A stretch of DNA of 64,000 nt from Mustelus asterias (GCF_964213995.1 NC_135803.1:92628001-92692000), one strand, 5' to 3'; positions 1-11,589 are shown, numbered from the stretch's first letter. Notes: generated from the sequence alone by a model not told the origin. Numbers and translations are program-made.

Positions 1-360
1 GACTAATAAATCAATAAAAACTTTAAAAAGTATTTGGGAACGAACAAACAGGGAAACACAATGCCGCACAAGGTGTAGGGTAAGGATTGCATCAGGACGC
101 AAGATTACACCAGTGTAAATGTTTGAACGAATGGAGGTCGGTGCATTGCTGTAAACAAAATAGACGCATGTCTTTCAACAACTTGGACGCATATTGTTTG
201 TTTGATGTTATGATATTATGATGGTCAAAGTCTGATGAGTGTGACTCCAGCCTGCCTACTATAACACGTGGGTGGAACATGAGGAGATTCCCTCCCAGAC
301 TATATCCGGAGACACTCCCAAGACTTTGAAGTAGTGGCAGTGTTAACTCAGAATCAATGA

Positions 361-740
361 GGGCGATTTTCTGGCTGTGTTGTGCCCGGCGCAAATCGCA
401 CGGGGGCCATGCAGGATTAGAAAATCATGGAGGATGGGACTAGTGCATTAAAGCGCTGCTGAAAATCCGCCTTAATATTCTCCCAGCCCCTGTATCCGGG
501 CGTAATCTGGTTCCTGCCCAACGAGGGCAGGAGCCAGATTAGCATATTTAAATATTAGTTCAACATGACTATTCATACAAGATGATTTTTAAATTTATTA
601 CTTTCCCGTTAGAGAATTTAAATATTAATTTAAATATGCATTTCAATTTTGAGCCGGATTCTTCCTGCTCCCGGGATTCTCTGACCCTCGGGCGCAGTGG
701 GAACCCGGCACGAATTACTACTAGTCTCCAGGAACAGAGA
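361..740. mobile_element. Partial non-autonomous DNA transposon (PIF/Harbinger-like MITE)
   Basis: Begins gggcgattttc, resembling the GGGTGGAATTTT terminus at 37229. CpG-retaining body with internal hairpins (aatctggttcctgccc..gggcaggagccagatt). Right end not found. Confidence 0.4.
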
Positions 741-1396
741 CCAACAAGCCACAGTGTTAGGACATGTGACCTTATCTCTCCGCAAGATCTTCAACAAAAA
801 ATGTTTATCCAGTGGAATTCCGCTTGATCTTCAGGACTGCTAATACCTCTGCCATTATGGGATAAAAGGACTGTTTGAGACGCCATTGTCTTCGTAGGGT
901 CTCTGACTCAGCTGGAAGGTCTTGTCTATGAAATCGAAATGACCTTTGTGTAGCTCCCTTTGAAGTTGTGCTGTGCAATCCCCAGGTGGTCTGTTAGTTG
1001 CTCTACAGAAATAACAAGATGTGGCATTTCCGACACTGCAATGTGGCTTCTTTTGTTTTGGTGAGTCACAGACACTGACAGACATAGGGTCAGCCTAGAA
1101 CATACAGTGATTGGTTCTGTTCCATCACATCACATTCCTAAATCTTGAAAATAACCAGGGTGCCAAAATCAAATTGAAACCTAATTTTAACAAAATATTG
1201 CAAAGCTGAGTAAGGAGAATTTTATAGCAGGAACATTGCTTAAACGTGTAGGCTTAGTCAGAGGTTCTGCAACATGATTTTTTAATTTATTACTTTCCCG
1301 TTAAAGCATACTTTGACCCTGATTCCAACAAAATATTTTACTATAGCCGGAAGAGCTGTCCAGTTTTTAATGTTAAAAGAGTTGGCTTTGTTGCCC

Positions 1397-1656
1397 TGAT
1401 GTGGAGATGCCGGCGTTGGACTGGGGTAAACACAGTCAAGGTCTCACAACACCAGGTTAAAGTCCAACAGGTTTATTTGGTAGCAAAATCCACTAGTTTT
1501 CGGAGCGCTGCTCCTTCGCCAGATAAGTGGGAGTTATGCCCTGTTTGTGAACAGAACTCCCACTTACCTGACGAAGGAGCAGCGCTCAGAAAGCTAGTGG
1601 GTTTTGCTACCAAATAAACCTGTTGGACTTTAACCTGGTGTTGTGAGACTTCTTAC
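1397..1656. mobile_element. Fold-back Penelope-like element, family A, short copy with hammerhead motif in each arm
   Basis: Both arms match the termini of the 2-kb PLE at 61890-63900. Flanked by ctttgttgccctg (1386-1398) / ctttgttgtcctg (1656-1668). Confidence 0.9.
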
Positions 1657-1689
1657 TTTGTTGTCCTGGCCAATGCTCTGGTCAGAAGA

Positions 1690-2640
1690 AGATTGCAGAC
1701 AGATATAGATAGGTTGAGTGAGTGGGCAAAAATCTGGCAGATGAAGTATAATGTGAGAAAATGTGAACTTTGGGAGGAAGAATAAAAAAGCAGAGTATTA
1801 CTTATATGGAGAACAACTGCAGAATTCTGAGGTAGAGGGGAATCTGGGTGTTCTAGTGCATGAATCACAAAAAGTTAGTATCATAGAATCATAAAACCCA
1901 TACAGTGCAGAAGGAGGCCATTCGGCCCATCGAGTCTGCACCGACCACAATCCCATCCAGGCCCTATTCCCATAACCCCACACATTTACCCTGCTAATCC
2001 CCCTGACACTAGGGTCAATTTAGCATAGCCAATCAACCTAACCCGCACATCTTTGGACTGTGTGCAGCAAGTAATTAAAAAGGCTAATGCAATGCTGTCC
2101 TTTATGACCTGAGGAATTGAAAGTAAGAGTAAGGATGTTATGTTTCAGTGAGACCACATCTTGAATATTGTGTGCTGTTTTAGTCTCCTTATTTAAGGAA
2201 GAATGTAAATTGATACCTGAAGTGAGTGGGTTGTCTTATGAGGATAGGTTGAAGAGGCTGGGCTTGTTTCGATTAGAGTTTAGAAGAGTGAGGGATGACT
2301 TGATTGAAGTATATAAGATCCTGAATGGTTTTTGACAAGATGAACATGGAAAGGATATTTCCGCTTGTGGGTGAGTCCAGAAGAAGAGGACACTTTAAAA
2401 AAAATTAAGTGACAGCAATGAGGAGAATTGTTTCTCAGTGGGTTGTGTGACTTTGAAACTCTGCCTGAGAAGGCAGTGGTGGTGGGGTCATTAAATATTT
2501 GTTAGGAAAGGGAATCACAGGTTATTGGGAGTAGATAGGAATGCAGAACTCGAAAGGTAAACAGGTCAGCCATGATATCGAATGGCAGAGCAGGCTCGAG
2601 GGACCAACTAGCCTACTACTGCCCCAACTTTGTATTCTTG
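1690..2640 (+). mobile_element. Degenerate CR1/HER1 LINE 3' fragment, interrupted by a SINE
   Basis: Recognisable ORF2 3' motifs (gatatagataggttgagtgagtgggc, tatgaggataggttg, tttagaagagtgaggg) with many stops. Confidence 0.8.
1880..2062 (-). mobile_element. HE1-type V-SINE, 3' half
   Basis: Reverse complement of the CR1-derived tail (gactcgatgggccgaatggcctccttctgcactgta..ctatga) and the end of the V-domain. Confidence 0.9.
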
Positions 2641-3139
2641 TATGGTCCTGAGGCGGTGTGTGCAGTCTGACAAGGGCAGAGTTCTTTACCAATGGCTTTT
2701 CTGCACTAACGATGCTCACATTGTTTTCTCTTCACGCTCGGCTGCTCTTGTGACTCCATTATCCACCTTTCTATCCCTTGAACATGCCTCTTTGTCTCTA
2801 CTTGTGTCTTGGTCTAAGTGCTGGAGTTTGGTTATTATGTCTCCATTGGGCCACTTCCTTATTACCTTCTCTACCAGCTAATGGAAACAAACAGAAATGA
2901 TCTTTGTGGGAAGAAATAAAGGCATGCTTTATATTTTACATTCATGGGAAATTTTGACAAACAGTTGTAGAAGTGGCCTTTTTATTTATCCTTGCATTAA
3001 TGTGCAATGTAACCATAAAATGGCAACATTTTGGGTGAAGAAAGTTTTGATGAAAGAACCATTTTATGATAATACTTTGTGATTCAGAGTATCGCCCTAA
3101 TGTGCAAACTAGCTTTTTTTAAAATTCATAACTTCTCAA

Positions 3140-3157
3140 CTTAAATTTTGTTTCTAG
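3140..3157 (+). promoter_or_regulatory. Putative 3' splice acceptor for the ZBED-like coding exon
   Basis: Pyrimidine-rich cttaaattttgtttctAG|gca, 123 nt upstream of the ATG. A short uORF (ATG ATG TCT TTC TGA, 3212-3226) lies in the predicted 5'UTR. Confidence 0.6.
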
Positions 3158-3280
3158 GCAGCTGGGCTGTCTGGTCCAACCACAGCTGTAACTGGATTCC
3201 CTACCTGTGCGATGATGTCTTTCTGATCCTCTTGTGTGAAGCAGCCCAGAAAGAAGACACTGAGTTGCACATTAAAGGTA

Positions 3281-5254
3281 ATGGAAGGTGACAGTGACAT
3301 TGTACATTGTGGATCTTCATTCATCAAAACGGAAAGGCCTCAACTTGTGGAGAAGAACAATACCACGTCAGAAGTGTGGAGATACTTTGGCTTCCAGCCT
3401 GGTAGTGATGGTAGACCAGAAAACATTGAAACCCCAGTCTGCAAGATCTGTTTCCGTGTCATTCCAGCAAAGGCCTCAAACACGAGCAACCTTTATGCAC
3501 ATCTGAAATCTCAGCACCCTCATATTTATATAGAGGTGAAAGGCAAACCCAACCAGGCATCAACCATCCCAGCTTCATCTGGAGAGCCAAGCCGAGAGCA
3601 GAACAGCACCATGCGGGAGATCTTTCAGCGAAAAGATAAATTTGATTCCAAGCCCAGGGAGCACAGAGAGCTGACCAAAGCAGTGACATACTACGTCACC
3701 AAGGATAGGATTCCTCTGAGTACCATTTCCAAACCTGGCTTTCAGCACCTCTTGAACAAGTTCAACCCGAGGTATGAGCTGCCAAGCAAGAACTACTTTT
3801 CCAGAGTAGCAATTCCATCGCTTTATGCAGACGTTCGCAAGGTTGTTGAGAAAGAATTAAAGAGCGGTGATTGTTTTGCTGCAACTGTTGAAACATGGAC
3901 ATGTCGGAGCAATGAAATGTTCCTGACCTTTGGGGTTCAGTATGTGGACAGTGATTGGGTTCTCAAAAACCATTGCCTGCAGACTCAGTATCTGCCAGAT
4001 GAACACTCTGGTCAGAGTCTAAAGTGTGCCCTCCAAGATGTGCTGGAGGAGTGGGGACTGGACCCAACCAACCTTGTAGCCATCACTACTGACAATGGAC
4101 CTGCTATTAAACTTGCCTGTGAGCTGTTGGGCTGGAAAAGAATGAGCTGTTTCAGCCAGAATCTGCAATGTTCTCTCCAAAAGGGTCTTGAGGACTCTCG
4201 CATTGAACGAATCATTCAGCTGTGCCGTCAAATATTTTCTCAATTTTCACGAAGCTGGAGGAGGAAGCGGGATTTCTCTATAGCTCAGAGTCAGAAAGGC
4301 CTTCCAAGGAATTCACTGAAAGCAGATATTAACAACCACTGGGGGACCACTTTGGATATGTTGGAAAGGTTTTTTGAGCAGCAGGATGCTGTCAGAACTG
4401 TATTAGCTCATGACCATAAGATGTGTCGCCTTGTTCCAACGTGGCAGGACATTGATGTTCTTGAGTCAGTTATAAGTGTTTTGCGTCCTTTCCGTGAAAT
4501 GTCCGAAGCCCTGTCTTATGAAAAATTCATTTCCATTTCAGCAATAAACCCTCTTATAAAACATATATGCAACAATCTTGCAAGAGAAGAACAGGAGGAG
4601 TTAACTCTTAGTTTTCTAATGAGAATGAGAATCAAACGAGAGCTTGAAATGCGATATGGAGACCCAGACTTGGTCCATTTTCTGGAGAAAGTTACATTCA
4701 TTGATCCTCGGTTTGGTCCCACTTGCATAGACAATCTGGAAAATGTCCTGCAGCAAATTAAAGGAGAGGTACTTGCTGGAAACGTAGCTGAAGAATCATC
4801 ATTATTTCAAATTGACTTTGATGGATCAACCGTTTCTCCACTGAGCTCATGCAGCTGGTATGATCGAGATAGCCCAGGACCAAGTCAACCAAAGAAGGCC
4901 AAGCATGGAGGGGGACTTGCAAAGGTTTTTGGAAAGCAGAGTGGAGATGGAGCTGCAGACAAAATGGTGACGACTTCAGTTTCACTGCAAGAACAGCTTG
5001 ACCGAGAGTTGGATTTTTATTTCAAGGAGCCTAAGCTCTCCCTAGAGAGCTGTCCTCTTCAGTGGTGGAAAGCAACGCAGAATTGTCTGCCTTTGTTGGC
5101 AAAGCTAGCCAAAAAGTATCTCTGCATTTCTGCAATGAATGTTAATTCAGAAAGAGCGTTCAGCAATAGTAGTTTTGTACTTACCGAGTATCGAAGCAGC
5201 GTGAAACCCAAACATATGGACCAGCTGGTGTTCCTAGCTGAAAATCTCCCATGA
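3281..5254 (+). CDS. BED zinc-finger / hAT (Ac-family) transposase-derived protein, ZBED1-like, 657 aa; probably a domesticated host gene
   Basis: Uninterrupted ORF. BED finger SEVWRYFG..CKIC..NTSNLYAHLKSQH, hAT core (ITTDNG, PTWQDIDVLESV, FIDPRF), basic PKKAK, and C-terminal hATC dimerisation domain PLQWWK..LAKKYLCI..SERAFS..QLVFLAENL. The first ATG (3281) is in strong Kozak context gtaATGg; the ORF-track start at 3236 is a GTG. Confidence 0.9.
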   Translation: MEGDSDIVHCGSSFIKTERPQLVEKNNTTSEVWRYFGFQPGSDGRPENIETPVCKICFRVIPAKASNTSNLYAHLKSQHPHIYIEVKGKPNQASTIPASSGEPSREQNSTMREIFQRKDKFDSKPREHRELTKAVTYYVTKDRIPLSTISKPGFQHLLNKFNPRYELPSKNYFSRVAIPSLYADVRKVVEKELKSGDCFAATVETWTCRSNEMFLTFGVQYVDSDWVLKNHCLQTQYLPDEHSGQSLKCALQDVLEEWGLDPTNLVAITTDNGPAIKLACELLGWKRMSCFSQNLQCSLQKGLEDSRIERIIQLCRQIFSQFSRSWRRKRDFSIAQSQKGLPRNSLKADINNHWGTTLDMLERFFEQQDAVRTVLAHDHKMCRLVPTWQDIDVLESVISVLRPFREMSEALSYEKFISISAINPLIKHICNNLAREEQEELTLSFLMRMRIKRELEMRYGDPDLVHFLEKVTFIDPRFGPTCIDNLENVLQQIKGEVLAGNVAEESSLFQIDFDGSTVSPLSSCSWYDRDSPGPSQPKKAKHGGGLAKVFGKQSGDGAADKMVTTSVSLQEQLDRELDFYFKEPKLSLESCPLQWWKATQNCLPLLAKLAKKYLCISAMNVNSERAFSNSSFVLTEYRSSVKPKHMDQLVFLAENLP

Positions 5255-6228
5255 GGAAAGGCTGTTGAGATCTGTTTTAAAATTATAGAGCAGAACTGTG
5301 GCAAAAAGAATATGTTTTAAAGATCATTGAAAAATTAACTTTTTCTTGACCACCTTCAGGGTAGGTTTGAAAATGGTAGAGTGTAAGGTGGTGAACATGG
5401 GGTTGAACAGGAGTGAATCCATTTTGTCCTATCTACTTGTACAGTGGCTTGTTTGCTATTTCATGGTTCACCATGATCCATATAACTGAAATGTTCTTGC
5501 TGCTCTAGTTAGCAGGAGCTGCTTGCCCTTTCTTATCTTTCGGCCCCCTCCCTCCAGCTCAAGATTGATATCTCGTGTTTCTGTATTCTGCTTCATTAAG
5601 AACTGACAAAAGCTGCCAAGCTGAGATGTGAGCGACAAGCACCCCTGAGATATAACTAGCAGCCTCTGGTTTGGACATGCACATTGACCTGCTTGAACCA
5701 TCAGGTTGGCTCCAAGTCATAGCATCTCTGTTTTTATTCAGCTGGCCACCCAGTACATCAATCACACTGATAGAAACAAAAGTTGGCTTTTTTAAATAAT
5801 CTGCTATGTTTGCCCTTTCTGTCAATGCCTTGTGATCTGATCTGATGCATGCTCAAGTGGAAGTTCTATCAGTGTTTACAGGAATTAATCTGTGAAGTAA
5901 TTCCAGTTAATAATTTCAGTTTATGGGGAAGTGCACTTTGACAGTGCATCAGTACTACTGTATCAGGATTGGAGAACAGGCTATTTGGGGAGTTAGTACT
6001 GAATCGGTATCCCTACGAACCAAATAGATGCTTTGAACATGTTTGATACTGTAATTTAGCACTGCTTCAGCCATTAGAGACTTTCTATAGGCCATATGAT
6101 TGAGTAGGTGGAAGATGGGTGCTGGAGTATTTACATTTTTTCACACATGTTTGTGCATAAGTGTAATTGTCTGTATTTCTTGAAATGCCAACATAATGTA
6201 CATAACGTAAAAATTTATAATGGAATTC

Positions 6229-6320
6229 ATTAAAGTAAATCATTTATACAAACATTTATAATGGGAAAACAGTATGTAAACATTTCAGCTCATGGTTTGT
6301 TGATGAATCACACAAATAAA
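6229..6320 (+). terminator. Candidate polyadenylation signals ending a ~1 kb 3'UTR of the ZBED-like gene
   Basis: ATTAAA at 6229-6234 and AATAAA at 6315-6320, in an AT-rich stretch with no recognisable repeats after the stop codon. Confidence 0.4.
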
Positions 6321-6679
6321 AAAAGCATGTAATTTTTATCAGTAACTGAAATTTCTAATGTCCAAAATGTTTTAAAACATTTAAATGTTACTTTTTCACT
6401 GCTTAATTATTTAAATAAGATTATTTAAATTCATCAATTGAACTGTTTCTTGTGTCTTTTAGTACATTAGCATTTTCCTTGAAAACCTGAAAGTTAAAAC
6501 CTTAGGCTTGAATCTGATAGTTTGGCCTAAAGCAGTCAGGTGAAGGCAGATCCTTCACATAGGGCACAGGCAGTGTGTGTAGTTTCCTTGGATGCTTAAG
6601 TAACATTTAAGCTATTTAACTGAAATATATGGTCATCAACTACTTTGTTTGCATCAATGAGATGAATGTTGGTTCAGTC

Positions 6680-6862
6680 ACTGGGAGAACTACCCTATAT
6701 TTGAATAAGGCCATGGGATATCTTGCATCCACCAGAAACACCTGCCAGTGTCTCATCCAACATACAGCATTCGCTCAGTATTATGTTGGTTATGTGCTGA
6801 TGCCTGACTGGGGCTTGAACCACAACATGTTCACTCAGCAGTGAAACTACCACTGAGTCAAG
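6680..6862 (-). mobile_element. Old DeuSINE-like fragment
   Basis: Reverse complement resembles the Deu-domain segment (ggatgcaagatatcccatggcc..ttcaaa..gttctccc) also seen at 59490-59540. Confidence 0.45.
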
Positions 6863-7999
6863 TAATTAATCATATTGAAATTTTAATGCTGGCTATCTTG
6901 GACTCAGCCTCAGCAAACCTCTCCTTCAATTTGCAGTATACATTTTCTTTAGCCCGATATCTAGATAAATAATGGAGAGACCCAAGGACCACAACACACT
7001 ATTGCTGCAAACACCAGCAAATGGAATGTTTCAAATCCTGCATGTGATTCTCTTTAAAAGGTGCATTGATGATACTTTCTATAATCACATCACTCCTTCT
7101 CTAAGCAGGCTTAGTTTACTTCAACGAGCAGCTATTTGAAAGGTTAGGTCTGAGGTTGGTTTGAGTTATTTTATATCCCATCTGATTTTACTCTGCAGTG
7201 ATTACCAGAATATTCTCTGCACACAGTAATTTCATAAAGGATTATTGTTTTACTGACTCACATAATTGCCTCCACGCTATCCACTGGTTTTCTAACACCA
7301 AAGTGGGAATTGATTTCAGGGGTTGAGAGTGCCCAGACATATTTTGATCCTGAGAGATCCTTGTGAACTAGAATCAACAAGAGCGATCTTCCTGCACCCA
7401 CATACAACTTGGTCAATCAGAATTCCAATATCTGTAATTTGGATACCGTCATTTGATTTGCTTGAGTTTTCTGATGATTTTGCCTAATAACGGATTATAT
7501 TTATGCATGTCACTTCACATTGTCAAGATCTTGTTTATGACGGGAATGATTGTGAAATACTGAATGTGTTCAATGTGTTCCCCTCCTTGGGATTGTCATG
7601 GTCTGATTAATCGATTGGGTCATTTTCCTTATTGTTGTTGGCATCCCATGCTTACAAAAGCTGGAAGACTGATAATTTAGTGAAGAATATTGACACTGCC
7701 AAAGGCTCAGGTGTGTCTGGAATTTCCTTTTGGCCTGTAACTGAATTGAGAATGCTGTGTGATAGTCAGTTTTACACGTTAAAATATGTTTTTGTGCTCA
7801 CCTCAGATTGTACCAAAGGAAAAAGAGCCCTTGTAAATAGGGATGCTGGGGGAACTTTAACATTCTGCAGTGCCTGGAGTGGGGAGGGGTAAGAGAGGAC
7901 TAGAAGTCTAGGTTTCCCCTGCCTGTGGAGGTTTAATTCTACAGTGTGATTTTTCATCATTGATAGGTTGCTTACCAAGATGCTAGGACCACTGCTTTT

Positions 8000-9210
8000 T
8001 TTTCAATATATAATGACATGCATCTTGGAATATTGAGTAGAATTTGCCAATGATACCAGACTTGGAGGAGTGGCAAAGAGTGAGGATGATAGGAAGTGCC
8101 TGCAACATGACATGGATAGGCTAGCAGAATGGGCAGACAGGAATTTAATACAGAAACGAGTGAGGTGATGCATTTCGGCAGAAGCAATGTGAGAAGTCGT
8201 GGACTGAATGGCAGAACTCTGATGAATGTGCAGGAACAGAGGAAGCTGAGGGCGCATGTTCTTTGTAGGCGGCAGTACACATTGAGAGAGTGATTAGCAA
8301 AGCATATGTGATCATGGGCCCCATAAACAGAAACAATGAGTACAAAAGCAAGAAAATTATGATCACCCTATATAAAGCTCTGGTTAGGGCGCAACCACAC
8401 TTTATATCGGCACCACAATTTCGGACGATGTGAAAATCCTTGAGAGGGTGCAGAGGAGATTTACCAGAGTGGTCCCAGAGGTCTGGGGGGTGGTGGGGGG
8501 GGATTGGTTACCAGATTAGATTGGAAAGGCTGGTGTTGTTCTCCTGGGAACAAAGAAGATGGAGGGGAGATTTGATAGAGGCTGCCTCACAGCACCAGTG
8601 ACCCAGGTTCAATTCTGGCCTGATTGGATGACTGTATGGAGTTTGCACGTTCCCACGTGGATTTCCTCCGGGTGCTCTGGTTTCCTCCCATAGTCCAAAG
8701 ATGTGCGGGTTAGGTTGATTGGCCATGCTAAATTGCCCCTAAGTGTCAGGGGAATTAGCAGGGTTAATACGTGGGGTCGCGGGGATAAGGCCTGGGTGGG
8801 ATTGTTGTCAGTGCAGACTCAATGGGCCGAATGGCCTCTTCCTGCGCTGTAGATTCTATGTGTACAAGATAATTACAGGTTAGGATAAGCTTGACAAGGA
8901 AAATTTCTTCCCATTAACTGATGGCACAAGGACTTGGGGGTCACAGATTTAATGTTTCGGGCAAGACGTGGGGGGGAATGTGAAGAAGAACATTTTAAAC
9001 AGTGAGTGATCATGACCTAGAACTTACTTCCTATGAGGGTGCTGGAAGTGGTGATGATCAACAATTTCAAAGGGAAATTGGACAAGCATTTGATGGAAAT
9101 TAATTTGAAGGGCTGTGGAGACCAAGTGTGGGAGGAGGTCTGTCTAGATTACTTCACAGGAAGCTGACATGGACTCAGTGGGCCGAGTGGCTTCCTTGTG
9201 TGCTGTAAAT
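8000..9210 (+). mobile_element. Degenerate CR1 LINE 3' region with nested SINE
   Basis: aatttgccaatgataccagacttggagg (KFADDTKLGG-like), ttgagagggtgcagaggagatttaccag, and a 3' tail gggccgagtggcttccttgtgtgctgta. Confidence 0.8.
8581..8860 (+). mobile_element. HE1-type V-SINE
   Basis: V-domain tttcctccgggtgctctggtttcctcccatagtccaaagatgtgcgggttagg plus CR1 tail. Confidence 0.9.
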
Positions 9211-10067
9211 GACTCTGACTTGATGGCAGTTTGACAGGACTGTCTTCAGACAGGCAGGATACACTCCAGAGAAGATTGGATTGCGAGCAGGATCCAATCG
9301 CTGAAACTACCTGGGGTGGGAGCAGGGTGGAGCTGTTTTATCCCAGAGGGATTGATGGCAGGGGAGCTTGTGGATCCAGGCAGAGGCACTGCTGTTCTTC
9401 ACAGGTCAGCAGCAGTACCCCATTATCTCACTGCTGATTCCACGATTCCTGAGGCCCAGAACATCTAGTTTCTCCAGTTAAACTGCAGAGTAGGTGACAG
9501 CCTCATTAGCAGTTTAGAAATTCTGGCCCACCACCTGGAATGGATTTGGCAGCCCATCTTGTGTCTCGCAGGCAGCAAGTCCTGCAAGTCAACATACTTC
9601 CTGACAGCCTTCCAATTTTTGCCTATTCGAACCTTTGAAGTTCCAACTTTGGCCTGTTGTGCAATCCCACTGCAACCCCACCTTCCCATTACTTTGGTTG
9701 ATTTTACATTCTGCCTCAGCATTGTCTGTCAGTGGTTGTGGATCTTCCAGCTGTCTTTGATCTATGCTCTGGTGTTCCCTGTCTAAACTCCTCTTTGCCT
9801 TGTAAAAGTCTGTCTGAGCAAGCTGTCGACAGTTTTTCTACCTTGGGGTGAGGGTGGGTGGGGAGATTTTTTGGGACTGGCTGGCAGCAGAAAGGCTGCA
9901 TTTAATGCCCATTTCTAAATCCCTGAAAAAGTGATGGTGATTCCTCTAAACCTCTGCAACCCCTGAGGTTGTGGTGTTTTTACAACAGTTTTAGGCAGAG
10001 ATTTCTACGGCATTGATCTAAAAACGACGGAAGAGTAATGTTGATGTGTAGCCACGTCAGTGAAAAG

Positions 10068-10822
10068 TAACAGCAATATACTGTGCAGACGCTAGAAAGT
10101 CTGAAATATTAACAAATGTTGGAAAAACTCAGCAGGTGTGGCAGCATCTGTGGAGAGAGAAACAGTTAACATTTCAAGTCCAATATGATTTTTCTGTAGA
10201 GCTCTTTTGAAACAAGGAATTCAGTTCTGAAGAAGTCATATTGGACTTGAAACTTTAACTCTTTTTTTCTCTCCACAGATGCTTCCAGACCTACTAAGTT
10301 TTGTTAATTGGATCCAAGCCAGTTGGTGTAGCCGAAACCAAGATACCGAGCTTTTCCTCATTGAGAGAATTCATTGAATTGTTCAGTCTCCCACTCAACC
10401 CAGTGTCCCAGCTATCCCCTGTTTATACAGCTGAAAACAACCAGTAAATGAGAAAAAATACAGGGGTGACAGGCCCTGGTGGATCATCCCCTATTTATAC
10501 AATTTTAAATAAAACAAAAATATCAATAAATTAAACAAAAATGACAGGGGTGATGGTCCCTAGTGGGGAAGAACGTCAAAAAGAAACTCAATTAATTCAA
10601 ATTAAAATGTCATTCCAGGGGTGATGACGCCACTGTGGTGTCCACTGGTCATGGAAGGCCTGAAACGTGCCTTATTCCCTATTTATACATACTCAAAGAC
10701 AATTAATACCCCTCACCTGTTTCTTTTAGCCCTAACAATGTCATTGATATTAACAAACTGTAACAATGTCATTGACAAGAGATGAACAAGTTTTTCCAGC
10801 ACTTCCTGTTTTTATTTCCGGA
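10068..10822. mobile_element. Fold-back Penelope-like element, family B (hammerhead motif 10223-10260), split by a later insertion
   Basis: Inverted arms gcatctgtggagagagaaacagttaacatttcaagtccaatatga / tcatattggacttgaaactttaactc..ctctccacagatgc. The right arm resumes at 10791 (tttttccagcacttcctgtttttatttc). Confidence 0.75.
10303..10787 (-). mobile_element. Probable Tx1-clade LINE 3' fragment
   Basis: Minus strand 10597-10670 reads GTFQAFHDQWTPQWRHHPWNDILI*, resembling a frameshifted Tx1 ORF2 C-terminus (recognition from memory). Flanked by a 7-bp duplication aagtttt (10296-10302 / 10788-10794). Confidence 0.55.
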
Positions 10823-11214
10823 TGAAATAATTGTTGGAATACAGGTTGGAAATAATTGTGTGCCTCGGTATTCTCACTGGTAGAGATGATAGCACAGGGA
10901 GGACCTTTGTGAGCCCTTGTCCTGTAGATTATATATGCTGCAGCCATGGCGTACTGGTAGCAGCGGGGAGGAAGTGCCCTTTGAGAGCCATGGCAGGGTG
11001 CCAATCATGCGGATGATGATGTTGAGCTTCTTGAGTTGGTAGCAGCTGCACCCATCCAGGCGAATGGTAAACTTTCAATCATATTTCTAACTTGAGTCTT
11101 GTAGATGGAGATGCTGGACACAACACAGTGCATTTATGTAGCATGTTTAATGTAGTAAAATTGCCAAAAACAAGCTCACGAGGAGATCTTGGGACAGGTG
11201 ATTTTAAAAAATTA

Positions 11215-11585
11215 TTTCATGAGATATGAGTGCCTTTGGCAAGCCTAAGATTTGTTTCCCATCCCTAATTGCCTTGAACTGAGTGACTTACTGGACCATT
11301 TCAGAGGGCAGCTGAGAGTCAACCACATTGCTCTGGATCTAGAGTCACATGTAGGTCAGACCAGGTCAGGATGGCAGATTTCCTTTCCTAAAGGACATTA
11401 GTGAACCAGATGGGTTTTTATGACAATTGATGATTGTTTCATGGTCACCCTCATTAAGACCATCAATTCCAGATTTATTAATTGAACCTGAATTTTACCA
11501 GTAGCCATGGTGAGATGGATATGTACCATGCCCCCAGAGAATTAACCTAGGCCTTGGGATTCCTAGCCCAATGGCACCACCACGA
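11215..11585 (-). mobile_element. Second tRNA-derived SINE family (tail shared with the LINE 3' end at 23660-23905)
   Basis: Core gagtcaaccacattgctctggatctagagtcacatgtaggtcagacc is repeated, diverged, at 13440-13760. Its cccatccctaattgcc is the reverse complement of ggcaattagggataggc at 23831. Confidence 0.7.
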
Positions 11586-11589
11586 CATC

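Noticed and set aside
3236-3280. ORF-track start of the 672-aa ORF
   Set aside because: It is a GTG. In a vertebrate the ATG at 3281 with strong Kozak context is the likely start.
3281-5254. Assigning the symbol ZBED1
   Set aside because: Domain architecture matches, but orthology cannot be shown without phylogeny and synteny. No DHRSX-like exons were recognised in the window.
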